Below, in pieces: positions 17,472-26,982 of a DNA stretch of 64,000 nt (its first letter is position 1; each line of letters begins with the position of its first letter). Position numbers and translations under genes: made by a program. Origin of the DNA: Candidatus Multivorans sp. (GTDB lineage Bacteria; Acidobacteriota; Thermoanaerobaculia; Multivoradales; Multivoraceae). The notes under the pieces were generated by a model. It was not told the origin of the DNA. It worked only from the letters and a program-made list of their open reading frames with translations, and ran no database searches. The stretch covers positions 541,744-605,743 of the forward strand of contig OZ250177.1 in the NCBI GenBank assembly GCA_965238135.1, written 5' to 3'.

Positions 17472-19823
17472 ATGGACAAGCGAGATCTCTCAGAGCGCGA
17501 TATCTGCACGAAGTTCATCACGCCCGCCCTGCGCGGGGCCGGATGGGACGAGATGTCACAGCTTCGCGAGGAGGTGAGCTTCACCGATGGCCGCATCACC
17601 GTGCGAGGAAAGATGGTTTCGCGCGGAAAGCGGAAGCGCGCCGACTACATCCTCGACTTCAAGCCGAACATTCCGCTCGCGGTGATCGAGGCCAAGGACA
17701 ATACCCACAGCGTGGGCGACGGCATGCAGCAGGCCTTGGACTACGCCGGGACCCTGAACATCCCGTTCGCGTTCTCGTCGAACGGCGACGGCTTCGTGTT
17801 CCACGACCGCACGGGGGCCAGTACGCCCCGCGAGACGAACCTGCCGCTCGACGCGTTTCCGTCGCCGGCCGATCTGTGGGCGCGCTATCGGGCCTGGAAG
17901 GGCCTGACGCCGGAGGCCGAGAGGATCGTCCTCCAGGACTACTTCGAGGACCGTGGCGGCAAGACGCCGCGCTACTACCAGATCAACGCCGTCAACGCGA
18001 CGATCGAGGCCATCTCCAAGGGGCAGGACCGCATCCTGCTCGTCATGGCCACGGGCACGGGCAAGACGTACACCGCTTTCCAGATCATCTGGCGGCTGTG
18101 GAAGGCGCGGCGCAAGAAGCGCATCCTGTTCCTTGCCGACCGCAACGTGCTCATCGACCAGACGATCGCGAACGACTTTCGCCCGTTCGGCGGGGCCATG
18201 ACCAAGCTCTCGCGCGACATCGACGCCTCCTTCGAGGTGTATCTCGGCCTCTATCAGGCGATCACGGGGCCGGACGACCACCAGAAGGCGTTTCGGAAGT
18301 TCTCGCCGGAGTTCTTCGATCTGATCGTGATCGACGAATGCCACCGGGGAAGTGCAGCTGACGATTCGGCGTGGCGCGAGATCCTCGAGTACTTCTCCTC
18401 CGCAACCCAGATCGGCCTCACCGCCACGCCGAAGGAGACGAAGTATGTCTCCAACATCGACTACTTCGGGGAGCCCGTCTTCTCCTACTCCCTGAAACAG
18501 GGCATCCGCGACGGCTTCCTCGCGCCCTACAAGGTGGTCAAGGTCCACATCGACCGGGACGTCGAAGGCTACCGTCCGGAAAAGGGCCAGCTTGACCGCG
18601 ACGGAGAGGAGGTTGAGGACCGCATCTACAATGTCAGGGACTTCGATCGCACGCTCGTCATCGACGGGCGGACGAAGCTGGTGGCTGAGAAGGTCACGAC
18701 GTTTCTGCGGGAGAGCGGCGACCGCTTCCAGAAGGCGATCGTTTTCTGCGTCGATCAGGAGCACGCCGCCCGGATGCGCCAGGCGCTCGTCAACGAGAAT
18801 GCCGATCTTGTCGAGCGCAACGCACGGTATGTCATGCGGATCACGGGCGCGGACGAGGCTGGAAAGGCCGAACTGGGGAACTTCATCGATCCCGAATCGA
18901 GTCACCCGGTGCTCGTCACCACGTCGCGCCTGCTGTCCACCGGCGTCGATGTCCAGACGTGCCGGGTCATCGTGCTCGACCGGGAGGTAGGCTCGATGAC
19001 CGAGTTCAAGCAGATCGTCGGCCGCGGCACCCGAGTGCATGAGGACACCGGGAAGTTCTACTTCACGCTCATCGACTTCCGGAACGCGAGCGGCCACTTC
19101 GCGGACCCGGACTTCGACGGCGAGCCGGTGCAGATCTACGAACCAGGCGTGGGGGATCCGATCCTTCCTCCCGATACGCCCGAGGATGAAGACCTCGGTG
19201 AAGAGGAGATGGCCGCTATCGGGGGCGGCAACGGCCTGCCGCCCACGGAGACGCATCCCCTGAAGATCTTTGTTGATGGCATCGAGGCGACCATCGTCGC
19301 CGAGCGGGTCGAGTACCTCGACGAGCACGGCAAGCTCATCACCGAGTCGCTACGCGACTTCACGAGGAAGGCGCTGCGCAGGCGCTTCGCGAGCCTGGAC
19401 GACTTCCTGAACCGTTGGAATGCTGCGGAGCGCAAGCAGGCGATCATCGACGAGATGGCGGCCGAGGGCCTGCCACTTACTGCGATTGTCCCTGAATTGG
19501 GCAAGGATCTCGACCCCTTCGATCTCGTCTGCCACATCGCCTTCGACGTCAAGCCGCTAACCCGCCGGGAACGGGCCGAGAACGTCAGGAAACGGGACGT
19601 GTTCACGAAGTACGGAGGACAGGCCCGCGCCGTGCTCGACGCACTGCTCGACAAGTACGCCGACGAGGGCGTCATCAATCTCGACGACGCCAACGTGCTC
19701 AGGATTCCGCCGCTCGACAGTCTCGGCACCCCGGTCGAGCTCGTCCGCGCCTTCGGCGGAAAGCCCGGCTTCGAGCGGGCCGTGCGCGATCTTCAGTCGG
19801 CGCTCTACAGGGAGGTCGCCTAA
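17472..19823 (+). CDS. hsdR: Type I restriction-modification system, restriction (R) subunit HsdR
   Basis: N-terminal HsdR_N PD-(D/E)xK nuclease motif (DYILDF...IEAKD). SF2 helicase motifs I LVMATGTGKT, II DECHR, III LTATP, VI QIVGRGTR. GGGAGG RBS upstream. Confidence 0.9.
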   Translation: MDKRDLSERDICTKFITPALRGAGWDEMSQLREEVSFTDGRITVRGKMVSRGKRKRADYILDFKPNIPLAVIEAKDNTHSVGDGMQQALDYAGTLNIPFAFSSNGDGFVFHDRTGASTPRETNLPLDAFPSPADLWARYRAWKGLTPEAERIVLQDYFEDRGGKTPRYYQINAVNATIEAISKGQDRILLVMATGTGKTYTAFQIIWRLWKARRKKRILFLADRNVLIDQTIANDFRPFGGAMTKLSRDIDASFEVYLGLYQAITGPDDHQKAFRKFSPEFFDLIVIDECHRGSAADDSAWREILEYFSSATQIGLTATPKETKYVSNIDYFGEPVFSYSLKQGIRDGFLAPYKVVKVHIDRDVEGYRPEKGQLDRDGEEVEDRIYNVRDFDRTLVIDGRTKLVAEKVTTFLRESGDRFQKAIVFCVDQEHAARMRQALVNENADLVERNARYVMRITGADEAGKAELGNFIDPESSHPVLVTTSRLLSTGVDVQTCRVIVLDREVGSMTEFKQIVGRGTRVHEDTGKFYFTLIDFRNASGHFADPDFDGEPVQIYEPGVGDPILPPDTPEDEDLGEEEMAAIGGGNGLPPTETHPLKIFVDGIEATIVAERVEYLDEHGKLITESLRDFTRKALRRRFASLDDFLNRWNAAERKQAIIDEMAAEGLPLTAIVPELGKDLDPFDLVCHIAFDVKPLTRRERAENVRKRDVFTKYGGQARAVLDALLDKYADEGVINLDDANVLRIPPLDSLGTPVELVRAFGGKPGFERAVRDLQSALYREVA

Positions 19824-19826
19824 GAG

Positions 19827-21278
19827 ATGTCCGTCAGCACTCTGGTCAAGTCCATTCAGAACATCATGCGCCAGGACGCTGGGGTGGACGGCGACGCGCA
19901 GCGCATCAGCCAACTGTGCTGGATGTTCTTCCTCAAGATCATCGACGACCAGGACCAGGAACTCGAGCTCTTTGACGACGGCTACGGCTCGCCCGTCCCT
20001 GCAGATCTGCGATGGCGGAGCTGGGCGGCCGACCCGGAAGGCATCACCGGCGAAGAGCTGCTCGACTTCGTCAACGGCGATCTCTTTCCACAGCTCAAGG
20101 AACTCCCGCCCAGGGCAGGCCCTCGCGCGAACGTCGTGCGCGACGTGTTCGAGGACGCCTACAACTACATGAAGTCTGGTCAGTTGATGCGGCAGGTGGT
20201 CAACAAGATCAACAGCATCGACTTCAACAACCTGGCCGCCCGCCAGCACTTCGGCGACATCTACGAGCAGATTCTGAACGACCTGCAATCGGCCGGCAAC
20301 GCGGGTGAGTACTACACCCCGCGGGCCGTGACCACCTTCATGGCCCGGATGATCGACCCGAAGCCGGGCGAGATCCTGTTCGACCCGGCTTGCGGCACGG
20401 GCGGGTTCCTCACCTGCGCTATGCAGCACATGCGCGAGCGGTATGTGAAGCGGCCCGAGGACGAGGCGAGCATGCAGGTTTCGCTGCTCGCGGTGGAGAA
20501 GAAGCCGCTTCCCCACATGCTCGCCGTCACGAACATGCTGCTGCACGGCATCGAGGATCCGTCCTTCCTGCGCCACGACAACACCTTGGCGCGGCCCTAC
20601 ACCTCCTGGGGCCGCGACGAGCGCGTGGACATCGTGCTGACCAATCCGCCGTTCGGCGGCAAGGAGGAGGATGGCATTGAGTCGAACTTCCCACAGCACT
20701 TCCGAACGCGAGAGACGGCGGACCTGTTCCTGGCCCTGATCATCCGGCTACTCAAGCCTGGAGGCAGGGCCGCCGTCGTCCTGCCAGACGGCTCCCTGTT
20801 CGGCGAAGGCGTCAAGACGCGGCTCAAGGAGCACCTGATGAAGGAGTGCAACCTTCACACCATCGTGCGCCTGCCGAACTCGGTGTTTCGCCCCTACGCC
20901 TCGGTCGGAACGAACCTGCTGTTCTTCGAGAAGGGCGAGCCGACGAGGGACATCTGGTTCTGGGAGCATCTCGTACCCGAAGGCCAGAAGGCCTACTCCA
21001 TGACACGGCCCGTACGGGTGGAGCATCTCGACGACTGCGCCGATTGGTGGGGTGGGACGGAGCGCACCGGCCGGGAGGAGGGTGGCCGGGCCTGGAAGGT
21101 GAGCGCCGACGAGATCAAGGCGCGCGGCTACAACATCGACATCAAGAACCCTCATACCGAGGAGGAGGACCTTGGCGATCCCGAGACGCTTCTGGAGGAA
21201 CTGACGAGCGCCGAGGCTGAGGTGCTGTCGGTGCGGAGTGAGTTGAGGCGAATTCTGACTGAGGCGCTCCTACGGTGA
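19827..21278 (+). CDS. hsdM: Type I R-M N6-adenine DNA methyltransferase subunit HsdM
   Basis: Motif I FDPACGTGGFL and motif IV LTNPPFGG; HsdM N-terminal domain. Start is 4 nt after the hsdR stop. Confidence 0.92.
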   Translation: MSVSTLVKSIQNIMRQDAGVDGDAQRISQLCWMFFLKIIDDQDQELELFDDGYGSPVPADLRWRSWAADPEGITGEELLDFVNGDLFPQLKELPPRAGPRANVVRDVFEDAYNYMKSGQLMRQVVNKINSIDFNNLAARQHFGDIYEQILNDLQSAGNAGEYYTPRAVTTFMARMIDPKPGEILFDPACGTGGFLTCAMQHMRERYVKRPEDEASMQVSLLAVEKKPLPHMLAVTNMLLHGIEDPSFLRHDNTLARPYTSWGRDERVDIVLTNPPFGGKEEDGIESNFPQHFRTRETADLFLALIIRLLKPGGRAAVVLPDGSLFGEGVKTRLKEHLMKECNLHTIVRLPNSVFRPYASVGTNLLFFEKGEPTRDIWFWEHLVPEGQKAYSMTRPVRVEHLDDCADWWGGTERTGREEGGRAWKVSADEIKARGYNIDIKNPHTEEEDLGDPETLLEELTSAEAEVLSVRSELRRILTEALLR

Positions 21279-23044
21279 ACGCCGACCGCTTGCTCGCCCT
21301 CTACGACCGCGTGGCGGACGCGCCGGACGCCATCGGCCGCCTGAGCCGGTTCGTGCTTGACACCGCCGTGCGCGGCAAGCTCGTGAAGCAGGATCCGGCG
21401 GATGAACCGGCATCAGAGTTGCTGCGACGGATCGACGCCGAGAAAGCGCGAATGGTCAAGGCGGGAGAGATCAGAAAGCCCCGCAATCTGTCGACCGGTG
21501 AGGACTTGGTGGCACTCTTTGAGGTTCCGGCCAAATGGTGCTGGCGGCGCCTCGATACAATAGGAGCTATCGTTGGTGGTGGCACGCCATCGGCTGGCGA
21601 TCCTGCGAACTTCTCGGAGCCCGGAGAGGGCGTCGCGTGGTTGACACCCAAGGACCTCGGCAGCCTCGGAAGCTCATACATCGGCCGCGGTAGCCGCGAT
21701 CTCTCGGGAAAGGGCTTTCGTTCGTCATCGGCCACTCTCATGCCGACTGGGACTGTCCTCTTTTCAAGTCGAGCGCCGATCGGGTACGTCGCGATCGCTG
21801 CAAACCCGGTTGCGACGAATCAGGGGTTCAAATCCGTCGTCCCCTATGTTTCTGATTGTTCGAGGTACATAGCGCTGGTGATGCAGGCGTTTGGGCCTGC
21901 AATCGACGCCATGGCGTCAGGGACCACCTTCAAAGAGGTTTCGGGAAGGACTGTCGCCGGCGTTCCCTTCCCTCTCCCGACGCTCGCCGAGCAGCACCGC
22001 ATCGTCGCCAAGGTCGATGAACTCATGGCGCTGTGCGACCGTTTAGAGGAAGCTCGCGTCTCCCGGGAGGGCGCCCGCGACCGGCTGACGAGGGCCAGCC
22101 TGTCGCGCTTGGTTGCGGCAGAGGCAGAAGAAGCGCAGGCAGCTACGTTCCGGGTTCTTGCGCGTTTCACAGTCGATGCCCTTCCCGCGCTGACGGCCCG
22201 CGCCGACCAAGTCCAGGGCTTTCGCCAGACCATTCTCGGCCTCGCGGTCCGGGGAAGGCTGGTCGAGCAGGATCCCGCTGACAAACCGGCGTCGGAACTC
22301 CTGAAGCGGATCGCCGCCGAAAAGGCGCGAATGGTGGGGGCGGGGGCGATCCGGAAGCCACGCAGTCTGCCGAACGGTGAGGACTTGGCAGCACCGTTCG
22401 GGATTCCGGACACCTGGTGCTGGGACCGCCTCGATGCCATTGGAGCAATCGTCGGTGGTGGCACACCGTCTGCGAGCGATCACAAGAACTTTGCGCAATC
22501 GGGAGAGGGTATTCCGTGGCTCACGCCGAAAGACCTCGGCGGCCATGAAGACCTGTACATCGAACGCGGCAGCCGCGATCTGTCGACGAGTGGTCTGCGA
22601 TCGTCCTCGGCGACACTCATGCCTGCGGAAACAGTCCTTTTCAGTAGCCGTGCGCCGATAGGGTACGTGGCAATCGCGGCGAACCCAGTTGCCACCAATC
22701 AGGGCTTCAAGTCCATCGTCCCGTACGTGCCGGGCTGCTCCAGATTCATCGCCTTGGCGATGAGGGCGTTCGGGCCTGAGATCGCTGCCAGTGCTCCGGG
22801 GACGACATTCAAGGAGGTGTCAGGAAAGCTCGTCGCTGGCGTTCCCTTTCCTCTCCCGCCACTCGCCGAGCAGCACCGCATCGTCGCCAGGGTCGACGAA
22901 CTCATGGCGCTGTGCGACGGGCTGGAGGGAAGTCTTGCGACTGCGGACGACACGCGCGGCCGCCTGCTTGACTCTCTCCTCGATGAAGCGTTGGCCGCCG
23001 ACTGGGCCGCCACGGTCCAACACGTCGCGGAGTCTCAGCCATGA
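21275..23044 (+). CDS. hsdS: Type I R-M specificity subunit HsdS with two near-identical target-recognition halves
   Basis: Overlaps the hsdM stop (ATGA). Two ~290-aa halves, each with a TRD and the conserved LAEQHRIVA(K/R)VDELMALCD(R/G)LE spacer; halves are ~75-80% identical to each other. Confidence 0.88.
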   Translation: MNADRLLALYDRVADAPDAIGRLSRFVLDTAVRGKLVKQDPADEPASELLRRIDAEKARMVKAGEIRKPRNLSTGEDLVALFEVPAKWCWRRLDTIGAIVGGGTPSAGDPANFSEPGEGVAWLTPKDLGSLGSSYIGRGSRDLSGKGFRSSSATLMPTGTVLFSSRAPIGYVAIAANPVATNQGFKSVVPYVSDCSRYIALVMQAFGPAIDAMASGTTFKEVSGRTVAGVPFPLPTLAEQHRIVAKVDELMALCDRLEEARVSREGARDRLTRASLSRLVAAEAEEAQAATFRVLARFTVDALPALTARADQVQGFRQTILGLAVRGRLVEQDPADKPASELLKRIAAEKARMVGAGAIRKPRSLPNGEDLAAPFGIPDTWCWDRLDAIGAIVGGGTPSASDHKNFAQSGEGIPWLTPKDLGGHEDLYIERGSRDLSTSGLRSSSATLMPAETVLFSSRAPIGYVAIAANPVATNQGFKSIVPYVPGCSRFIALAMRAFGPEIAASAPGTTFKEVSGKLVAGVPFPLPPLAEQHRIVARVDELMALCDGLEGSLATADDTRGRLLDSLLDEALAADWAATVQHVAESQP

Positions 23045-24189
23045 CCCGCGTCCCGGTATCGTCCGAGATGCTGCGCTGGGCCTGCGAGCGCTCCGGTCGC
23101 GACGTCGCGGACCTCGCGGCCCGTGTTCCTCAGCTTCCGGCTTGGGTCCGAGGCGAGAGACAGCCGACGCTCAAACAGTTGGAGAGGCTGGCCACGGCTA
23201 CGCGGACGCCATTCGGTTATCTGTTCCTGACCGCGCCGCCGGAGGAGCGTCTTCCGGTTCCCGACTTTCGTACGGTGTGGGGTGCTTTCCGGGCGAGACC
23301 GACCCCCGACCTGCTGGACACGCTGTACAGCATGCAACGTCGCCAGGAGTGGCTCCGGGAGAGCTTGGTCGAGAGCGACGTGGGACCGCTGTCGTTCGCT
23401 GGAAGCGCCCGCCTGACGGATGACCCGGCCTCCGTGGGTCGGGAGATGCGGCGAGCACTCGGTCTCGATGACGGCTGGGCTGCGGAAGTGAGCACCTGGC
23501 AAGAGGCTGTGAGGGAGCTTCGCCGGGCCATTGAGCAGGTCGGCGTGATGGCGGTGATCAACGGAGTAGTCGGGAACAACACGAGCCGGAAGCTGAGCGT
23601 GGAGGAGTTTCGCGGCTTCGCGCTCACGGATCCTTACGCCCCGTTGATCTTCGTGAATGGCGCTGACGCCAAGTCGGCGCAGATGTTCACTCTCGCCCAC
23701 GAGTTGGCCCACATCTGGCTTGGCACGGAGGGGGTCTCCGGCTTCGAGTCCCTGTTCCCCGGCGGCTCGGACGTGGAGGACTGGTGCAACGCGGCCGCGG
23801 CTGAACTCCTCGTCCCTTCGGAGGAAGTGGCACCTCGTTGGAACGAGGTGAAGAGGGGACCAAGGCCGTTCGAGACGCTCGCCCGGGCGTTCAAGGTGAG
23901 TCCGGTTGTTGCCGCCCGCCGGGCCCTGGACCTGAGTCTTGTCGACCGCGACGCCTTTCGCGACTTCTACAAGGGGTACGTCAAGCGCGATCTCGCGAGT
24001 GGCGCGAGTTCCACCGGGGGCAACTTCTACAACAACCAGAACACCCGTGTCGGCGAGCTGTTCGCGTCCCACGTGCTCCGTGCGGCGATGGAGGGCCGAA
24101 TCGGGTTCAAGGAAGCCTACGACCTGACTGGCTTGCGTGGAGGAACCTTCCAGAAGTACGCGAGGCGACTGGGGGTGAATCTCCCATGA
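23041..24189 (+). CDS. HTH-domain plus ImmA/IrrE-family zinc metallopeptidase (COG2856-like)
   Basis: Overlaps the hsdS stop. Central HEXXH motif HELAHIWLG within an ImmA/IrrE-like region; N-terminal helix-turn-helix-like segment. Confidence 0.75.
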   Translation: MTRVPVSSEMLRWACERSGRDVADLAARVPQLPAWVRGERQPTLKQLERLATATRTPFGYLFLTAPPEERLPVPDFRTVWGAFRARPTPDLLDTLYSMQRRQEWLRESLVESDVGPLSFAGSARLTDDPASVGREMRRALGLDDGWAAEVSTWQEAVRELRRAIEQVGVMAVINGVVGNNTSRKLSVEEFRGFALTDPYAPLIFVNGADAKSAQMFTLAHELAHIWLGTEGVSGFESLFPGGSDVEDWCNAAAAELLVPSEEVAPRWNEVKRGPRPFETLARAFKVSPVVAARRALDLSLVDRDAFRDFYKGYVKRDLASGASSTGGNFYNNQNTRVGELFASHVLRAAMEGRIGFKEAYDLTGLRGGTFQKYARRLGVNLP

Positions 24190-24722
24190 CGAACGGCACG
24201 ACCTACCTCGTGGACTCGGATGTGTTCATCACGGCGAAGAACCTGTACTACGCGTTCGGCCTGTGCCCCGGGTTCTGGAAGAGCGTGCTGCACCACCATC
24301 GGAGGGGCCGGATTTTCAGCGTCGACAGGGTTCGCAGCGAACTCCTCGCGGGCACCGAGACAGAGGATCTCGTGCGGTGGGTCAAGGAAGAAGTTCCACG
24401 GGAGTTCTTTCTCCCGGTGGATGCCGACGCTGTCGTGAGTGCCTACACGGAGATCATGATGTGGGTGCAGCGCCACGGGAGGTACTTCGACCACGCCAAG
24501 GCGAAGTTCGCCACCGGAGCGGACGGCTGGTTGGTCGCCTGCGCACGGGTTCAGGGCGCCGCCGTGGTCACGAACGAACGGGAGGCGCCGGAGTCCCGGA
24601 GGGAGATCAAACTGCCCGACGTGTGCGAGGAGTTCGGTGTGGAGCACCCCAACGTCTTCGAGATGCTTCAGGCGTTGGACATCCAGTTCGACTGGACGGA
24701 GGACCGGAAGCCGGCGTCGTGA
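24186..24722 (+). CDS. DUF4411 family (PIN-like) protein, partner of the ImmA/IrrE peptidase
   Basis: ATGA overlap with the upstream gene. N-terminal YLVDSDVFITAKNLYYAFGLCPGFW motif characteristic of DUF4411. Confidence 0.7.
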   Translation: MTNGTTYLVDSDVFITAKNLYYAFGLCPGFWKSVLHHHRRGRIFSVDRVRSELLAGTETEDLVRWVKEEVPREFFLPVDADAVVSAYTEIMMWVQRHGRYFDHAKAKFATGADGWLVACARVQGAAVVTNEREAPESRREIKLPDVCEEFGVEHPNVFEMLQALDIQFDWTEDRKPAS

Positions 24723-24813
24723 GTCCGGTACGCGACGGTCGGTCCCGACCGGGCTTTGCGGAGTGGATTCGGACGTGTTCACTACGGCGAAGAACCTGCC
24801 GGCGGCTGGCTGA

Positions 24814-25095
24814 TCAGCCAGCGCGTTCGAAGCCGACCGTTAGCCGCGCGCCGGTCGCTCCCGCATAGCGCCGCAGCGTCGCGTACGACGGCGACACCCG
24901 GCCCCCTTCCAGCCGCGCGATCGCCGATTGGGTCGTGCCGAGCCGTTCGGCCAGTTCCGCCTGCGTCAGCTTCGCCGCCGTCCGGGCGCAGATCATCGCC
25001 TCGATCAGCGCATACTCGCTGTCGGCACTGGCGTACTCCTCCCGAAACGCCGGATCCTCCAGCAGGCGCGCCTTCAGATCCTTCAGCTTCGTCAT
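24814..25095 (-). CDS. XRE-family helix-turn-helix DNA-binding protein (HigA/antitoxin-like size)
   Basis: 93 aa; HTH segment LTQAELAERLGTTQSAIARLEGG. No adjacent toxin ORF recognised. Confidence 0.8.
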   Translation of the reverse strand: MTKLKDLKARLLEDPAFREEYASADSEYALIEAMICARTAAKLTQAELAERLGTTQSAIARLEGGRVSPSYATLRRYAGATGARLTVGFERAG

Positions 25096-25262
25096 GGCCT
25101 CACTTCGCGGTCCTCATAGCGTATCCGCTATGCCGACGCGCGTGGAATCCAGAGTCGGCCAACGCCCGACGCACCCGCCTGCGCCGGCCGGTATCGCAGC
25201 GGTTTGGAGGGACGTGCGCAGGGCGCCGCGTTAGCGCCTTCCGGCCTACCAACCTTGGCGGG

Positions 25263-25895
25263 CTACCGGATCTCGACGTACCGCGCCAGCCGTTCGACCT
25301 CGTCGTCGTCAACGTACTTGCCGATCTCGCGCCGGAACTGAGACATCGCCTCGTAGGGTCGGTACTCCTCGAACTCGTGCCGCATGCGTCGGCCGACGCC
25401 GGGGATGTTCAGGATGTCCTCGCCGGACGCCGTGTTCAGGTCGATGCGGGCGTACACGTACTGGGCGAGCCGCGTCACCTCATCGTCGTCGACGTACTTG
25501 CCGATTTCCCGGTGGAACTGGGCAAGCGCCGTGTAGGGGCGGTACTCCTCGAACTCGTGGGTCATCCGCCGGCCGACCCCCGGGATGAGCCCGATCTCCT
25601 CGGAGGTCGCGTCGTTCAGGTCGATGGGGACCCAGATCGCCCCGTAGACCTCGTCGTACCGGTCTTCGGTGACGTGGGCCGAGATCACGGCGTGGAGGTC
25701 GGCGGCCCGCAGGAAGGGGCGGCCGTCGAGCAACGCCTTGAGGGCGTCACCGTCGAGGCCGTCCACGTCGGCTAGCTCCTCCTCGCTGGCGAGGTTTGGG
25801 TTGAGCAGGCCGTGGTTGGCCCCGACCTGGGGTGTGATAGGTAGGGCGGCTAGGAACAGGGCTGATGTAGTCCACATTAGGGCCGAGCACTTCAT
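25263..25895 (-). CDS. Secreted ComEA-like protein with three tandem helix-hairpin-helix DNA-binding units
   Basis: Start at 25895. Signal peptide MKCSALMWTTSALFLAALPITPQVGA. Three repeated ~70-aa units containing (D/E)LN(D/T)A(S/T)xE(E/D)(I/L)xxIPGVGRRMxHEFEEYRPY. The last two units are ~85% identical at DNA level. Confidence 0.75.
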   Translation of the reverse strand: MKCSALMWTTSALFLAALPITPQVGANHGLLNPNLASEEELADVDGLDGDALKALLDGRPFLRAADLHAVISAHVTEDRYDEVYGAIWVPIDLNDATSEEIGLIPGVGRRMTHEFEEYRPYTALAQFHREIGKYVDDDEVTRLAQYVYARIDLNTASGEDILNIPGVGRRMRHEFEEYRPYEAMSQFRREIGKYVDDDEVERLARYVEIR

Positions 25896-25924
25896 CTGGA
25901 GATTCGTCCTCTTGCTGCTTCTTG

Positions 25925-26398
25925 CTAGTTGTGCGGTGTGGCGGGGTCCGCCGCGTCGCTGTCTTCTGACGTGGCGGCGGATCTGCCGGCCGCGGGGTGC
26001 TGGAGGGCGACGAGTATACCGAGCAGGCCGAGCAGGATCATGGCCCCCGGGGCCAGAGTCGGCATGGCGCCTCCCAGGCTCTCGTTGACCAGTTCGAGGC
26101 CGCTCGAGTTCGGATGAAGTTCCCGCTCGAACTCGACGTTGGACTGGAAGTGGAAGTAGACGCCGAGCAGACCGGCTGGGACGTAGGCGACTAGCAGAAT
26201 CCGGAAAGTCCGCACTGCCGCGACGGACGGACGCGCTGCCAACCACAAGCTGGCTGTGGTGCCAGCTGCCAGGAGCACGAGCGGGATCCACTGCTTGCTG
26301 TCCTCGTAGTGATCCAACAGGTACAACTCGGCAAGCAGACCGAGTGCCCCGAAGAGCAGGATGTACAACAGGTACCGTCGCCAGCCCTCGATGTTCAC
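25925..26398 (-). CDS. Small integral membrane protein (4 predicted TM helices), co-oriented upstream of the ComEA-like gene
   Basis: 157 aa with hydrophobic stretches YLLYILLFGALGLLAELYLL, WIPLVLLAAGTTASLWLAA, ILLVAYVPAGLLGVYF, AMILLGLLGILVAL. Gene-like GC3. Confidence 0.6.
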   Translation of the reverse strand: MNIEGWRRYLLYILLFGALGLLAELYLLDHYEDSKQWIPLVLLAAGTTASLWLAARPSVAAVRTFRILLVAYVPAGLLGVYFHFQSNVEFERELHPNSSGLELVNESLGGAMPTLAPGAMILLGLLGILVALQHPAAGRSAATSEDSDAADPATPHN

Positions 26399-26982
26399 GG
26401 TGTTCCGCGTCGCCCCTCGAACCGACCCTAGAGCCCGGCCGTGGATTTCCCGCTACGGCCGCGGATCCGCTTGCTGTGGTGTGACGCGTCACCCTGGTCG
26501 GACGAGGGAAGGCTCGGCCAACCGACAACGTCGAACCCGCGGAGGGGCCGGGGAACGCCACACTACCGCAGCCGTTCGGATCCATCGGAGAGGCATGTCG
26601 GGTGCTGCTGCCGGTGGCAGTTTCGGCCCCACCGGTCTGGGTGGCCTTGAAGTCTTCCCGCAGGGATCAACTCTTGACGGGAGCGACCCCGCCGGTGGAA
26701 GCCGGCGTATTGCCGGCGCGCCGCACCGGGGACCGGGGCCACGGGGTCGCTCCCGTCACGCTCTGGACGCATGTCGCGGCCGGGGCGTTTCATTCTCGGG
26801 AGGGGATCCACTGGTGAGAAGAGAAGACTCAGTTGCACGTTCCTGGAAGTCGCTCGGGCCGATTGGTGGAAGTGAGCGGCTGTTGTTGCCCTTCCGTCGC
26901 TGTACGGGGCCTGGCGCGGCTAGACTGTGGAACTGGACCGGAGCCGGGCGGCTGGGTTCTGGCGGCGAGAGGTAGACAGGGG

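Noticed and set aside
17556-19328. 590-aa minus-strand ORF inside hsdR
   Set aside because: Antisense of a gene with unambiguous helicase and nuclease motifs. Composition is not protein-like.
25100-25312. 70-aa minus-strand ORF upstream of the XRE HTH gene as a possible HigB/RelE toxin
   Set aside because: The translation (MTTTRSNGWRGTSRSGSPPR...) is Arg/Ser/Pro-rich with no RelE/ParE fold motifs. It overlaps the 3' end of the ComEA-like gene.
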